From the human T2T-CHM13v2.0 reference genome, Homo sapiens, in the NCBI RefSeq assembly GCF_009914755.1, contig NC_060948.1: a stretch of 64,000 nt of DNA; one strand, 5' to 3'. Positions 1-12,799 of this stretch are shown one piece after another (the first letter of the stretch is position 1; each line of letters starts with the position of its first letter). Position numbers and translations under genes: made by a program. The notes under the pieces were generated by a model, which searched no databases, was not told the DNA's origin, and saw only the letters and a program-made list of their open reading frames with translations.

Positions 1-1744
1 TGAATCGAATGGAATCGAATGGATTGGAAAGGAATAGAATGGAATGGAATGGAATGGACTCAAATGGAATGGACTAGAATGGAATGGATTCGAATGGAAG
101 GCAAAGGAATGGAATCTATTGGAATGGACTGTAATGGAATGGAATGGAAGGGATTGGAATGGACTCGAATGGAATGGACTGCAATAGAAAGGATTCGAAT
201 GGAATGAAAAAGAATTGAATGGAATAGAACAGAATGGAATCAAATCGAATGAAATGGAATGGAATAGAAAGGAATGGAATGAAATGGAATGGAAAGGATT
301 CGAATGGAATGCAATCGAATGGAATGGAATCGAACGGAATGGAATAAAATGGAAGAAAACTGGCAAGAAATGGAATCGAAATGAATGGAGTGTTATGGAA
401 CGGACTCAAAAGGAATTGAATGTAATAGAATGGAGTGGAGTGGACTCGAATATAATGGACTGGAATGGAATGAAATCACATGGAATGGGAACGAATGGAA
501 TGGAATGGAAAGGAATGGAATCGAATGGAAAGGAATCGAATGGAAGGGAATGAAATTGAATCAACAGGAATGGAAGGGAATAGAATAGACGGTAATGGAA
601 TGGACTCGAATAGAATGGACACGAATGCTCAAATTGAATGGACTCGAATGGAATGGAAACGAAAGGAATGTCATCGAATGGAATTGAATCGATTGGAATG
701 AAATCGCATAGAATGGAGTGGAATCAAATGGAATTGAATCGAAAGGAAAGGAAGCGAATGGACTGAAATGAAATGGAATGGAATTGAATGGAAAGTAATG
801 CAATGGAATAGAATGGAACGAAATTTCACGGAATGGAATCAAACTGAATGGAATCAAATCAATGGAATCAAATCAAATGGAATGGAAAGGAATTGAATGG
901 AGTAGATTGGATTGGATGGGATTGGAATGAAATGTACTGGAAAGGACTCGAATTTCATGAAACGGAATGGAATGAATTGGAACGGAATGGACTCGAATGG
1001 AATGGAATGTCATGGAATGGCATCAAATGGAATGGCATCAAATGGAATGGAATCGAATGCAATGGAATGCTATGGAATGGAATGGAATGCATTGGAATGG
1101 AATGTCCTCTAATGGAATGGATTCGAGTGGAATGGAATCGAATATAATGGAGTCGAATGAAATGGAATTGAAAGGAATGGGATCGAATACAATGGAATAT
1201 ACTGGAATGTAATGTAATGAACTCGAATGTAATTGACTGGAATGGAATGTACGTGAATGGAATATAATCGAATGGAAAGTAATCCAATGGAATAGAATCT
1301 AATGCAATAAAATCGACTCAGATAGAGTAGAATGTAATGGAAAGGAGTGCAGTGCAATGGAATGGAATGGAATGGAATGCAATTGAATGGAATGGAATGG
1401 AATGGAATGGAATGTAATGGGATGGAATGGTATGGAATGGATAGTAATGGACTGGAGTGAAATGGACTGGAAAGGAATATACTCAAATTGAAAGGGCTCG
1501 AAAGGAATGGAGTCAAATGGAATGGTCTGGAATGGAATGAACACGAATGTAATGCAATCCAATAGAATGGAATCGAATGGCATGGAATATAAAGAAATGG
1601 AATCGGAGAGAATGGAAACAAATGGAATGGAAATGAATGGAATGGAATTGAATGGAATGGGAACGAATGGAGTGAAATTGTATGCAGTAGAAGGGAATAG
1701 AATGGAATGCAAGCGAAAGGAAAGGAATGGATTGGAATGGAATG

Positions 1745-1788
1745 GAATTCATTGGAATGGAAGGGAATGTAGTGTAATGGACAGGCCT
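1745..1788. other. Once-per-unit EcoRI (GAATTC) and StuI/HaeIII (AGGCCT) landmark
   Basis: AGGCCT starts at 1783, 5342, 8911, 12465, 16044, 19623, 23207, 26791, 30334, 33010, 36523, 39174, 42703, 46246, 48922, 52435, 55086, 58615 and 62188. Confidence 0.9.
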
Positions 1789-2158
1789 GGAATAAAGTGG
1801 AATGCTACGGTCTCGAATGGAATAAAAATGTATGGAATGGAATGCAATGAAATGGAATCGAATGTCATAGAATGTAATGGAATGCAACAAAATGGAATCC
1901 AATATCATTGACTGGAAAGGCTGGGTGTCGAAAGGAATTGACTCCAATGGAATGGAATCGAATGGAATGGAAGTGAATAGAATCGAACTAAATCGAATGG
2001 AATGGAATTGATAGGAACGGAATGGAAAGGAATGCAATGATTTGGCATGGAATGGAATCGAATGGCATCGAATGGAATGGAATGGAATGCAATGGAATGG
2101 AATGTATTAGAATGTAATGAACTTTAATGGAATGTACTCGAATGGATTCGACTGGAAT

Positions 2159-2173
2159 GGAATGTTCTGGAAG
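2159..2173. promoter_or_regulatory. Perfect three-unit heat-shock element motif 1 (gGAAtgTTCtgGAAg), representative copy
   Basis: Exact match to the HSF consensus nGAAnnTTCnnGAAn, seen intact in all 19 units. The motif match is certain; binding or function is not shown by the sequence. Confidence 0.5.
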
Positions 2174-2438
2174 TGAATGGACTCCAATGGAATGGATTCA
2201 AAAGGAATGGAATCGTACGGAATGGAATCTAATGGAATGGAATTAAATGGAAATGAATCAAATTGAATAGCACGGAATTGAATTGAATGGAATGGAATGC
2301 AATGGAATCTAATGAAACGGAAAGGAAAGGAATGGAATGGAATGGAATGGGCTGGAATGGAAAGGAATCGAAACGAATGGAATGGAATCGAACTGAAGAG
2401 ACTGGAATGGAATGCACTGGAATGGAAGGGAGTGTAAT

Positions 2439-2453
2439 GGAAGGTTCTCGAAA
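2439..2453. promoter_or_regulatory. Perfect heat-shock element motif 2 (gGAAggTTCtcGAAa), representative copy
   Basis: Exact consensus match. Intact in 13 units and changed TTC>TTG in 6. Confidence 0.45.
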
Positions 2454-3469
2454 AAAATGGAATCGAATGGAATGGAATTGAATGGAACGGAATAGAGTCG
2501 AATGGAATTGAATGGAATGGAATGGACTAGAGTGAAATGGAATCGAACCACAAGGAATGGAGATGAATAGAATGGTCTCGAATTGAATGGAATCGTATGG
2601 AATGGCATCAAACGGAATGGAATGGACAGCCACGGAATGGAATGCACTCGAATGCAATGGAGTCGAAACTAATGGACTGGAATAGAATGGACTCGACTGG
2701 TACGGACTCCAATGGAATGGAATCGAATGGAAGGGAATCGAACGGAATGGACTCGAAGGGAAAAGACTGCAATGGAAAGGTCTCGAATGGAATGGAAATT
2801 AATGGAATGGAATGGAATCGAATGAAATGGAGTCAAAAGGAATGGAATCGAATGGCAAGAAATCGAATGTAATGGAATCGCAAGGAATTGATGTGAACGG
2901 AACGGAATGGAATGGAATCCAAAGGAATGGAATAGAATGGAATGGAATCGAATGGAAAGGACTCGAATGGAAATCACTCGAATAGAATGCAATTTAATAA
3001 AATAGGATCAAATGTAATGGAATGGAATGGAAAGGAATCGAAACGAAAGGAATGGAGACAGATGGAATGGAATGGAACAGAGAGCAATGGTATAGAATGG
3101 AATGGAATCATCTGGAATGGAATTGAATGGAATGGAATAATATGAAATGGAATGGAATGGAATGGAATGGAATGGAATGCCCTTGAATTAAATGGACTGG
3201 AATGGAATGGACTCGAACAGAGTGGAATGGAAAGTGTTGAGATAGAATGGAATGGACTCCTTTGGAATGGTCTAGTATGCAATGCAATCGACTGTCAGGG
3301 AATCAAAAGGAATGTAATCGAATGGATTGGACTGGAATGCAATGGACTCGAATAGATTGGAAACGGAATGCAAAGGAATGGAATGGAATAGTATGGAATG
3401 GAATGGAAAGGAATGGAGTGGAATAGACTAGAGTGGAATGGAATGGACTGGAAAGCAATGGACTGGAAT

Positions 3470-3484
3470 GGAACTTTCTTGAAT
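3470..3484. promoter_or_regulatory. Perfect heat-shock element motif 3 (gGAActTTCttGAAt), representative copy
   Basis: Exact consensus match. Intact in 9 units; the last GAA is GGA in 10. Confidence 0.45.
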
Positions 3485-3582
3485 GGACTGGAATCAAACG
3501 GAATGGAATGCAATGCAATCAAATGGCATGGAATAAAATAGAATGAAAGAGAATCAAATGGAATTGAATCGAATGGAATCGA

Positions 3583-6500
3583 ATGGATTGTAAAGGAATA
3601 GAATGGAATGGAATGGAATTGACTCAAATGGAATGGACTAGAATGGAATGGATTCGAATGGAAGGCAAAGGAATGGAATCTATTGGAATGGACTGTAATG
3701 GAATGGAATGGAAGGGATTGGAATGGACTCGAATGGAATGGACTGCAATAGAAAGGATTCGAATGGAATGAAAAAGAATTGAATGGAATAGAACAGAATG
3801 GAATCAAATCGAATGAAATGGAATGGAATAGAAAGGAATGGAATGAAATGGAATGGAAAGGATTCGAATGGAATGCAATCGAATGGAATGGAATTGAACG
3901 GAATGGAATAAAATGGAAGAAAACTGGCAAGAATTGGAATCGAAATGAATGGAGTGTTATGGAACGGACTCAAAAGGAATTGAATGTAATAGAATGGAGT
4001 GGAGTGGACTCGAATATAATGGACTGGAATGGAATGAAATCACATGGAATGGGAACGAATGGAATGGAATGGAAAGGAATGGAATCGAATGGAAAGGAAT
4101 CGAATGGAAGGGAATGAAATTGAATCAACAGGAATGGAAGGGAATAGAATAGACGGTAATGGAATGGACTCGAATAGAATGGACACGAATGCTCAAATTG
4201 AATGGATTCGAATGGAATGGAAACGAAAGGAATGTCATCGAATGGAATTGAATCGATTGGAATGAAATCGCATAGAATGGAGTGGAATCAAATGGAATTG
4301 AATCGAAAGGAAAGGAAGCGAATGGACTGAAATGAAATGGAATGGAATTGAATGGAAAGTAATGCAATGGAATAGAATGGAACGAAATTTCACGGAATGG
4401 AATCAAACTGAATGGAATCAAATCAATGGAATCTAATCAAATGGAATGGAAAGGAATTGAATGGAGTAGATTGGATTGGATGGGATTGGAATGAAATGTA
4501 CTGGAAAGGACTCGAATTTCATGAAACGGAATGGAATGAATTGGAACGGAATGGACTCGAATGGAATGGAATGTCATGGAATGGCATCGAATGGAATGGC
4601 ATCAAATGGAATGGAATCGAATGCAATGGAATGTTATGGAATGGAATGGAATGCATTGGAATGGAATGTCCTCTAATGGAATGGATTCGAGTGGAATGGA
4701 ATCGAATATAATGGAGTCGAATGAAATGGAATTGAAAGGAATGGGATCGAATAGAATGGAATATACTGGAATGTAATGTAATGAACACGAATGTAATTGA
4801 CTGGAATGGAATGTACATGAATGGAAGGTAATCGAATGGAAAGTAATCCAATGGAATAGAATCTAATGCAATAAAACCGAATCAGATAGAGTAGAATGTA
4901 ATGGAATGGAGTGCAGTGCAATGGAATGGAATGGAATTGAATGCAATGGAATGGAATGGAATGGAATGGAATGGAATGGAATGGAATGGTATGGAATGGA
5001 TAGTAATGGACTGGAGTGAAATGGACTGGAAAGGAATGGACTCAAATTGAAAGGGCTCGAAAGGAATGGAGTCAAATGGAATGGTCTGGAATGGAATGAA
5101 CACGAATGTAATGCAATCCAATAGAATGGAATCGAATGGCATGGAATATAAAGAAATGGAATCGAAGAGAATGGAAACAAATGGAATGGAATTGAATGGA
5201 ATGGAATTGAATGGAATGGGAACGAATGGAGTGAAATTGTATGAAGTAGAAGGGAATAGAATGGAATGCAAGCGAAAGGAAAGGAATGGATTGGAATGGA
5301 ATGGAATTCATTGGAATGGAAGGGAATGTAGTGTAATGGACAGGCCTGGAATAAAGTGGAATGCTACGGTCTCGAATGGAATAAAAATGTATGGAATGGA
5401 ATGCAATGAAACGGAATCGAATGTCATAGAATGTAATGGAATGCAAAAAAATGGAATCCAAAATCATTGACTGGAAAGGCTGGGTGTCGAAAGGAATTGA
5501 CTCCAATGGAATGGAATCGAATGGAATGGAAGTGAATAGAATCGAACTAAATCGAATGGAATGGAATTGATAGGAACGGAATGGAAAGGAATGCAATGAT
5601 TTGGCATGGAATGGAATCGAATGGCATCGAATGGAATGGAATGGAATGCAATGGAATGGAATGTATTAGAATGTAATGAACTTTAATGGAATGTACTCGA
5701 ATGGATTCGACTGGAATGGAATGTTCTGGAAGTGAATGGACTCCAATGGAATGGATTCAAAAGGAATGGAATCGTACGGAATGGAATCTAATGGAATGGA
5801 ATTAAATGGAAATGAATCAAATTGAATAGCACGGAATTGAATTGAATGGAATGGAATGCAATGGAATCTAATGAAACGGAAAGGAAAGGAATGGAATGGA
5901 ATGGAATGGGCTGGAATGGAAAGGAATCGAAACGAATGGAATGGAATCGAACTGAAGAGACTGGAATGGAATGCACTGGAATGGAAGGGAGTGTAATGGA
6001 AGGTTCTCGAAAATAATGGAATCGAATGGAATGGAATTGAATGGAACGGAATAGAGTCGAATGGAATTGAATGGAATGGAATGGACTAGAGTGAAATGGA
6101 ATCGAACCACAAGGAATGGACAGGAATAGAATGGTCTCGAATTGAATGGAACCGTATGGAATGGCATCAAACGGAATGGAATGGACAGCCACGGAATGGA
6201 ATGCACTCGAATGCAATGGAGTCGAAACTAATGGACTGGAATAGAATGGACTCGACTGGTACGGACTCCAATGGAATGGAATCGAATGGAAGGGAATCGA
6301 ACGGAATGGACTCGAAGGGAAAAGACTGCAATGGAAAGGTCTCGAATGGAATGGAAATTAATGGAATGGAATGGAATCGAATGAAATGGAGTCAAAAGGA
6401 ATGGAATCGAATGGCAAGAAATCGAATGTAATGGAATCGCAAGGAATTGATGTGAACGGAACGGAATGGAATGGAATCCAAAGGAATGGAATAGAATGGA

Positions 6501-9500
6501 ATGGAATCGAATGGAAAGGACTCGAATGGAAATCACTCGAATAGAATGCAATTTAATAAAATAGGATCAAATGTAATGGAATGGAATGGAAAGGAATCGA
6601 AACGAAAGGAATGGAGACAGATGGAATGGAATGGAACAGAGAGCAATGGTATAGAATGGAATGGAATCATCTGGAATGGAATTGAATGGAATGGAATAAT
6701 ATGAAATGGAATGGAATGGAATGGAATGGAATGCCCTTGAATTAAATGGACTGGAATGGAATGGACTCGAACAGAGTGGAATGGAAAGTGTTGAGATAGA
6801 ATGGAATGGACTCCTTTGGAATGGTCTAGTATGCAATGCAATCGACTGTCAGGGAATCAAAAGGAATGAAATCGAATGGATTGGACTGGAATGCAATGGA
6901 CTCGAATAGATTGGAAACGGAATGCAAAGGAATGGAATGGAATAGTATGGAATGGAATGGAAAGGAATGGAGTGGAATAGACTAGAGTGGAATGGAATGG
7001 ACTGGAAAGCAATGGACTGGAATGGAACTTTCTTGGATGGACTGGAATCAAACGGAATGGAATGCAATGCAATCAAATGGCATGGAATAAAATAGAATGA
7101 AAGAGAATCAAATGGAATTGAATCGAATGGAATCGAATGGATTGTAAAGGAATAGAATGGAATGGAATGGAATTGACTCAAATGGAATGGACTAGAATGG
7201 AATGGATTCGAATGGAAGGCAAAGGAATGGAATCTATTGGAATGGACTGTAATGGAATGGAATGGAAGGGATTGGAATGGACTCGAATGGAATGGACTGC
7301 AATAGAAAGGATTCGAATGGAATGAAAAAGAATTGAATGGAATAGAACAGAATGGAATCAAATCGAATGAAATGGAATGGAATAGAAAGGAATGGAATGA
7401 AATGGAATGGAAAGGATTCGAGTGGAATGCAATCGAATGGAATGGAATCGAACGGAATGGAATAAAATGGAAGAAAACTGGCAAGAAATGGAATCGAAAT
7501 GAATGGAGTGTTATGGAACGGACTCAAAAGGAATTGAATGTAATAGAATGGAGTGGAGTGGACTCGAATATAATGGACTGGAATGGAATGAAATCACATG
7601 GAATGGGAACGAATGGAATGGAATGGAAAGGAATGGAATCGAATGGAAAGGAATCGAATGGAAGGGAATGAAATTGAATCAACAGGAATGGAAGGGAATA
7701 GAATAGACGGTAATGGAATGGACTCGAATAGAATGGACACGAATGCTCAAATTGAATGGATTCGAATGGAATGGAAACGAAAGGAATGTCATCGAATGGA
7801 ATTGAATCGATTGGAATGAAATCGCATAGAATGGAGTGGAATCAAATGGAATTGAATCGAAAGGAAAGGAAGCGAATGGACTGAAATGAAATGGAATGGA
7901 ATTGAATGGAAAGTAATGCAATGGAATAGAATGGAACGAAATTTCACGGAATGGAATCAAACTGAATGGAATCAAATCAATGGAATCTAATCAAATGGAA
8001 TGGAAAGGAATTGAATGGAGTAGATTGGATTGGATGGGATTGGAATGAAATGTACTGGAAAGGACTCGAATTTCATGAAACGGAATGGAATGAATTGGAA
8101 CGGAATGGACTCGAATGGAATGGAATGTCATGGAATGGCATCGAATGGAATGGCATCAAATGGAATGGAATCGAATGCAATGGAATGTTATGGAATGGAA
8201 TGGAATGCATTGGAATGGAATGTCCTCTAATGGAATGGATTCGAGTGGAATGGAATCGAATATAATGGAGTCGAATGAAATGGAATTGAAAGGAATGGGA
8301 TCGAATAGAATGGAATATACTGGAATGTAATGTAATGAACACGAATGTAATTGACTGGAATGGAATGTACATGAATGGAAGGTAATCGAATGGAAAGTAA
8401 TCCAATGGAATAGAATCTAATGCAATAAAACCGAATCAGATAGAGTAGAATGTAATGGAATGGAGTGCAGTGCAATGGAATGGAATGGAATTGAATGCAA
8501 TGGAATGGAATGGAATGGAATGGAATGGAATGGAATGGAATGGAATGGAATGGAATGGTATGGAATGGATAGTAATGGACTGGAGTGAAATGGACTGGAA
8601 AGGAATGGACTCAAATTGAAAGGGCTCGAAAGGAATGGAGTCAAATGGAATGGTCTGGAATGGAATGAACACGAATGTAATGCAATCCAATAGAATGGAA
8701 TCGAATGGCATGGAATATAAAGAAATGGAATCGAAGAGAATGGAAACAAATGGAATGGAATTGAATGGAATGGAATTGAATGGAATGGGAACGAATGGAG
8801 TGAAATTGTATGCAGTAGAAGGGAATAGAATGGAATGCAAGCGAAAGGAAAGGAATGGATTGGAATGGAATGGAATTCATTGGAATGGAAGGGAATGTAG
8901 TGTAATGGACAGGCCTGGAATAAAGTGGAATGCTACGGTCTCGAATGGAATAAAAATGTATGGAATGGAATGCAATGAAACGGAATCGAATGTCATAGAA
9001 TGTAATGGAATGCAACAAAATGGAATCCAAAATCATTGACTGGAAAGGCTGGGTGTCGAAAGGAATTGACTCCAATGGAATGGAATCGAATGGAATAGAA
9101 GTGAATAGAATCGAACTAAATCGAATGGAATGGAATTGATAGGAACGGAATGGAAAGGAATGCAATGATTTGGCATGGAATGGAATCGAATGGCATCGAA
9201 TGGAATGGAATGGAATGCAATGGAATGGAATGTATTAGAATGTAATGAACTTTAATGGAATGTACTCGAATGGATTCGACTGGAATGGAATGTTCTGGAA
9301 GTGAATGGACTCCAATGGAATGGATTCAAAAGGAATGGAATCGTACGGAATGGAATCTAATGGAATGGAATTAAATGGAAATGAATCAAATTGAATAGCA
9401 CGGAATTGAATTGAATGGAATGGAATGCAATGGAATCTAATGAAACGGAAAGGAAAGGAATGGAATGGAATGGAATGGGCTGGAATGGAAAGGAATCGAA

Positions 9501-12500
9501 ACGAATGGAATGGAATCGAACTGAAGAGACTGGAATGGAATGCACTGGAATGGAAGGGAGTGTAATGGAAGGTTCTCGAAAAAAATGGAATGGAATGGAA
9601 TGGAATTGAATGGAACGGAATAGAGTCGAATGGAATTGAATGGAATGGAATGGACTAGAGTGAAATGGAATCGAACCACAAGGAATGGACAGGAATAGAA
9701 TGGTCTCGAATTGAATGGAATCGTATGGAATGGCATCAAACGGAATGGAATGGACAGCCACGGAATGGAATGCACTCGAATGCAATGGAGTCGAAACTAA
9801 TGGACTGGAATAGAATGGACTCGACTGGTACGGACTCCAATGGAATGGAATCGAATGGAAGGGAATCGAACGGAATGGACTCGAAGGGAAAAGACTGCAA
9901 TGGAAAGGTCTCGAATGGAATGGAAATTAATGGAATGGAATGGAATCGAATGAAATGGAGTCAAAAGGAATGGAATCGAATGGCAAGAAATCGAATGTAA
10001 TGGAATCGCAAGGAATTGATGTGAACGGAACGGAATGGAATGGAATCCAAAGGAATGGAATAGAATGGAATGGAATCGAATGGAAAGGACTCGAATGGAA
10101 ATCACTCGAATAGAATGCAATTTAATAAAATAGGATCAAATGTAATGGAATGGAATGGAAAGGAATCGAAACGAAAGGAATGGAGACAGATGGAATGGAA
10201 TGGAACAGAGAGCAATGGTATAGAATGGAATGGAATCATCTGGAATGGAATTGAATGGAATGGAATAATATGAAATGGAATGGAATGGAATGGAATGGAA
10301 TGCCCTTGAATTAAATGGACTGGAATGGAATGAACTCGAACAGAGTGGAATGGAAAGTGTTGAGATAGAATGGAATGGACTCCTTTGGAATGGTCTAGTA
10401 TGCAATGCAATCGACTGTCAGGGAATCAAAAGGAATGTAATCGAATGGATTGGACTGGAATGCAATGGACTCGAATAGATTGGAAACGGAATGCAAAGGA
10501 ATGGAATGGAATAGTATGGAATGGAATGGAAAGGAATGGAGTGGAATAGACTAGAGTGGAATGGAATGGACTGGAAAGCAATGGACTGGAATGGAACTTT
10601 CTTGGATGGACTGGAATCAAACGGAATGGAATACAATGCAATCAAATGGCATGGAATAAAATAGAATGAAAGAGAATCAAATGGAATTGAATCGAATGGA
10701 ATCGAATGGATTGTAAAGGAATAGAATGGAATGGAATGGAATTGACTCAAATGGAATGGACTAGAATGGAATGGATTCGAATGGAAGGCAAAGGAATGGA
10801 ATCTATTGGAATGGACTGTAATGGAATGGAATGGAAGGGATTGGAATGGACTCGAATGGAATGGACTGCAATAGAAAGGATTCGAATGGAATGAAAAAGA
10901 ATTGAATGGAATAGAACAGAATGGAATCAAATCGAATGAAATGGAATGGAATAGAAAGGAATGGAATGAAATGGAATGGAAAGGATTCGAATGGAATGCA
11001 ATCGAATGGAATGGAATCGAACGGAATGGAATAAAATGGAAGAAAACTGGCAAGAAATGGAATCGAAATGAATGGAGTGTTATGGAACGGACTCAAAAGG
11101 AATTGAATGTAATAGAATGGAGTGGAGTGGACTCGAATATAATGGACTGGAATGGAATGAAATCACATGGAATGGGAACGAATGGAATGGAATGGAAAGG
11201 AATGGAATCGAATGGAAAGGAATCGAATGGAAGGGAATGAAATTGAATCAACAGGAATGGAAGGGAATAGAATAGACGGTAATGGAATGGACTCGAATAG
11301 AATGGACACGAATGCTCAAATTGAATGGATTCGAATGGAATGGAAACGAAAGGAATGTCATCGAATGGAATTGAATCGATTGGAATGAAATCGCATAGAA
11401 TGGAGTGGAATCAAATGGAATTGAATCGAAAGGAAAGGAAGCGAATGGACTGAAATGAAATGGAATGGAATTGAATGGAAAGTAATGCAATGGAATAGAA
11501 TGGAACGAAATTTCACGGAATGGAATCAAACTGAATGGAATCAAATCAATGGAATCTAATCAAATGGAATGGAAAGGAATTGAATGGAGTAGATTGGATT
11601 GGATGGGATTGGAATGAAATGTACTGGAAAGGACTCGAATTTCATGAAACGGAATGGAATGAATTGGAACGGAATGGACTCGAATGGAATGGAATGTCAT
11701 GGAATGGCATCGAATGGAATGGCATCAAATGGAATGGAATCGAATGCAATGGAATGTTATGGAATGGAATGGAATGCATTGGAATGGAATGTCCTCTAAT
11801 GGAATGGATTCGAGTGGAATGGAATCGAATATAATGGAGTCGAATGAAATGGAATTGAAAGGAATGGGATCGAATAGAATGGAATATACTGGAATGTAAT
11901 GTAATGAACACGAATGTAATTGACTGGAATGGAATGTACATGAATGGAAGGTAATCGAATGGAAAGTAATCCAATGGAATAGAATCTAATGCAATAAAAC
12001 CGAATCAGATAGAGTAGAATGTAATGGAATGGAGTGCAGTGCAATGGAATGGAATGGAATTGAATGCAATGGAATGGAATGGAATGGAATGGAATGGAAT
12101 GGAATGGAATGGTATGGAATGGATAGTAATGGACTGGAGTGAAATGGACTGGAAAGGAATGGACTCAAATTGAAAGGGCTCGAAAGGAATGGAGTCAAAT
12201 GGAATGGTCTGGAATGGAATGAACACGAATGTAATGCAATCCAATAGAATGGAATCGAATGGCATGGAATATAAAGAAATGGAATCGAAGAGAATGGAAA
12301 CAAATGGAATGGAATTGAATGGAATGGAATTGAATGGAATGGGAACGAATGGAGTGAAATTGTATGCAGTAGAAGGGAATAGAATGGAATGCAAGCGAAA
12401 GGAAAGGAATGGATTGGAATGGAATGGAATTCATTGGAATGGAAGGGAATGTAGTGTAATGGACAGGCCTGGAATAAAGTGGAATGCTACGGTCTCGAAT

Positions 12501-12790
12501 GGAATAAAAATGTATGGAATGGAATGCAATGAAACGGAATCGAATGTCATAGAATGTAATGGAATGCAACAAAATGGAATCCAAAATCATTGACTGGAAA
12601 GGCTGGGTGTCGAAAGGAATTGACTCCAATGGAATGGAATCGAATGGAATGGAAGTGAATAGAATCGAACTAAATCGAATGGAATGGAATTGATAGGAAC
12701 GGAATGGAAAGGAATGCAATGATTTGGCATGGAATGGAATCGAATGGCATCGAATGGAATGGAATGGAATGCAATGGAATGGAATGTATT
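3583..12790 (+). repeat. Clade of units 2-4 (periods 3554/3569)
   Basis: Shared diagnostic variants: GGATTGTAAAGG, GAATCTAATCAA, GTTATGG, GAACACGAATGTAATT, GAAGGTAATC and AAAACCGAATC. The GGAAGGGAATCGAAC 15-mer is single-copy at ~6.3k and ~9.9k. The right boundary is approximate. Confidence 0.75.
8501..8555 (+). repeat. Pure (TGGAA)11 microsatellite, longest copy of a length-variable site in each unit
   Basis: Counted directly between GCAA and TGGTA. Confidence 0.9.
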
Positions 12791-12799
12791 AGAATGGAA

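Larger units (their letters stand above)
19..3582 (+). repeat. DYZ1 unit 1 (3564 bp, arbitrary phase), carrying several private variants
   Basis: The landmark ATGGATTG(G/T)AAAGGAATAGAAT occurs at 19 and 3583. Private changes include GTACGTGAAT (~1250), GGAATATACTC (~1478), ATCGGAGAG (~1605) and CAATATCATT (~1903). Confidence 0.85.

Noticed and set aside
819-833. Fourth HSE candidate cGAAatTTCacGGAa
   Set aside because: Only two units match. The third is GGA and out of register, so it was not counted.
1198-2235. Possible ancient ~0.9-kb or ~1.8-kb sub-repeat within the unit
   Set aside because: Similar variant strings occur (e.g. ~1219 and ~2134), but the lags are inconsistent by eye. A pentamer-masked self-alignment showing a continuous off-diagonal would be needed.
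2995-3000. AATAAA polyadenylation signals (several per unit on +)
   Set aside because: They arise easily from the GGAAT-GGAAT junction by G>A changes. The sequence offers no transcript evidence or downstream GU-rich element.
4430-4440. DUX4-like motif GAATCTAATCA in units 2-4 (and TAATCCAATG in each unit)
   Set aside because: Both mismatch the TAAYBBAATCA consensus at core positions, and such near-matches are expected in this satellite.
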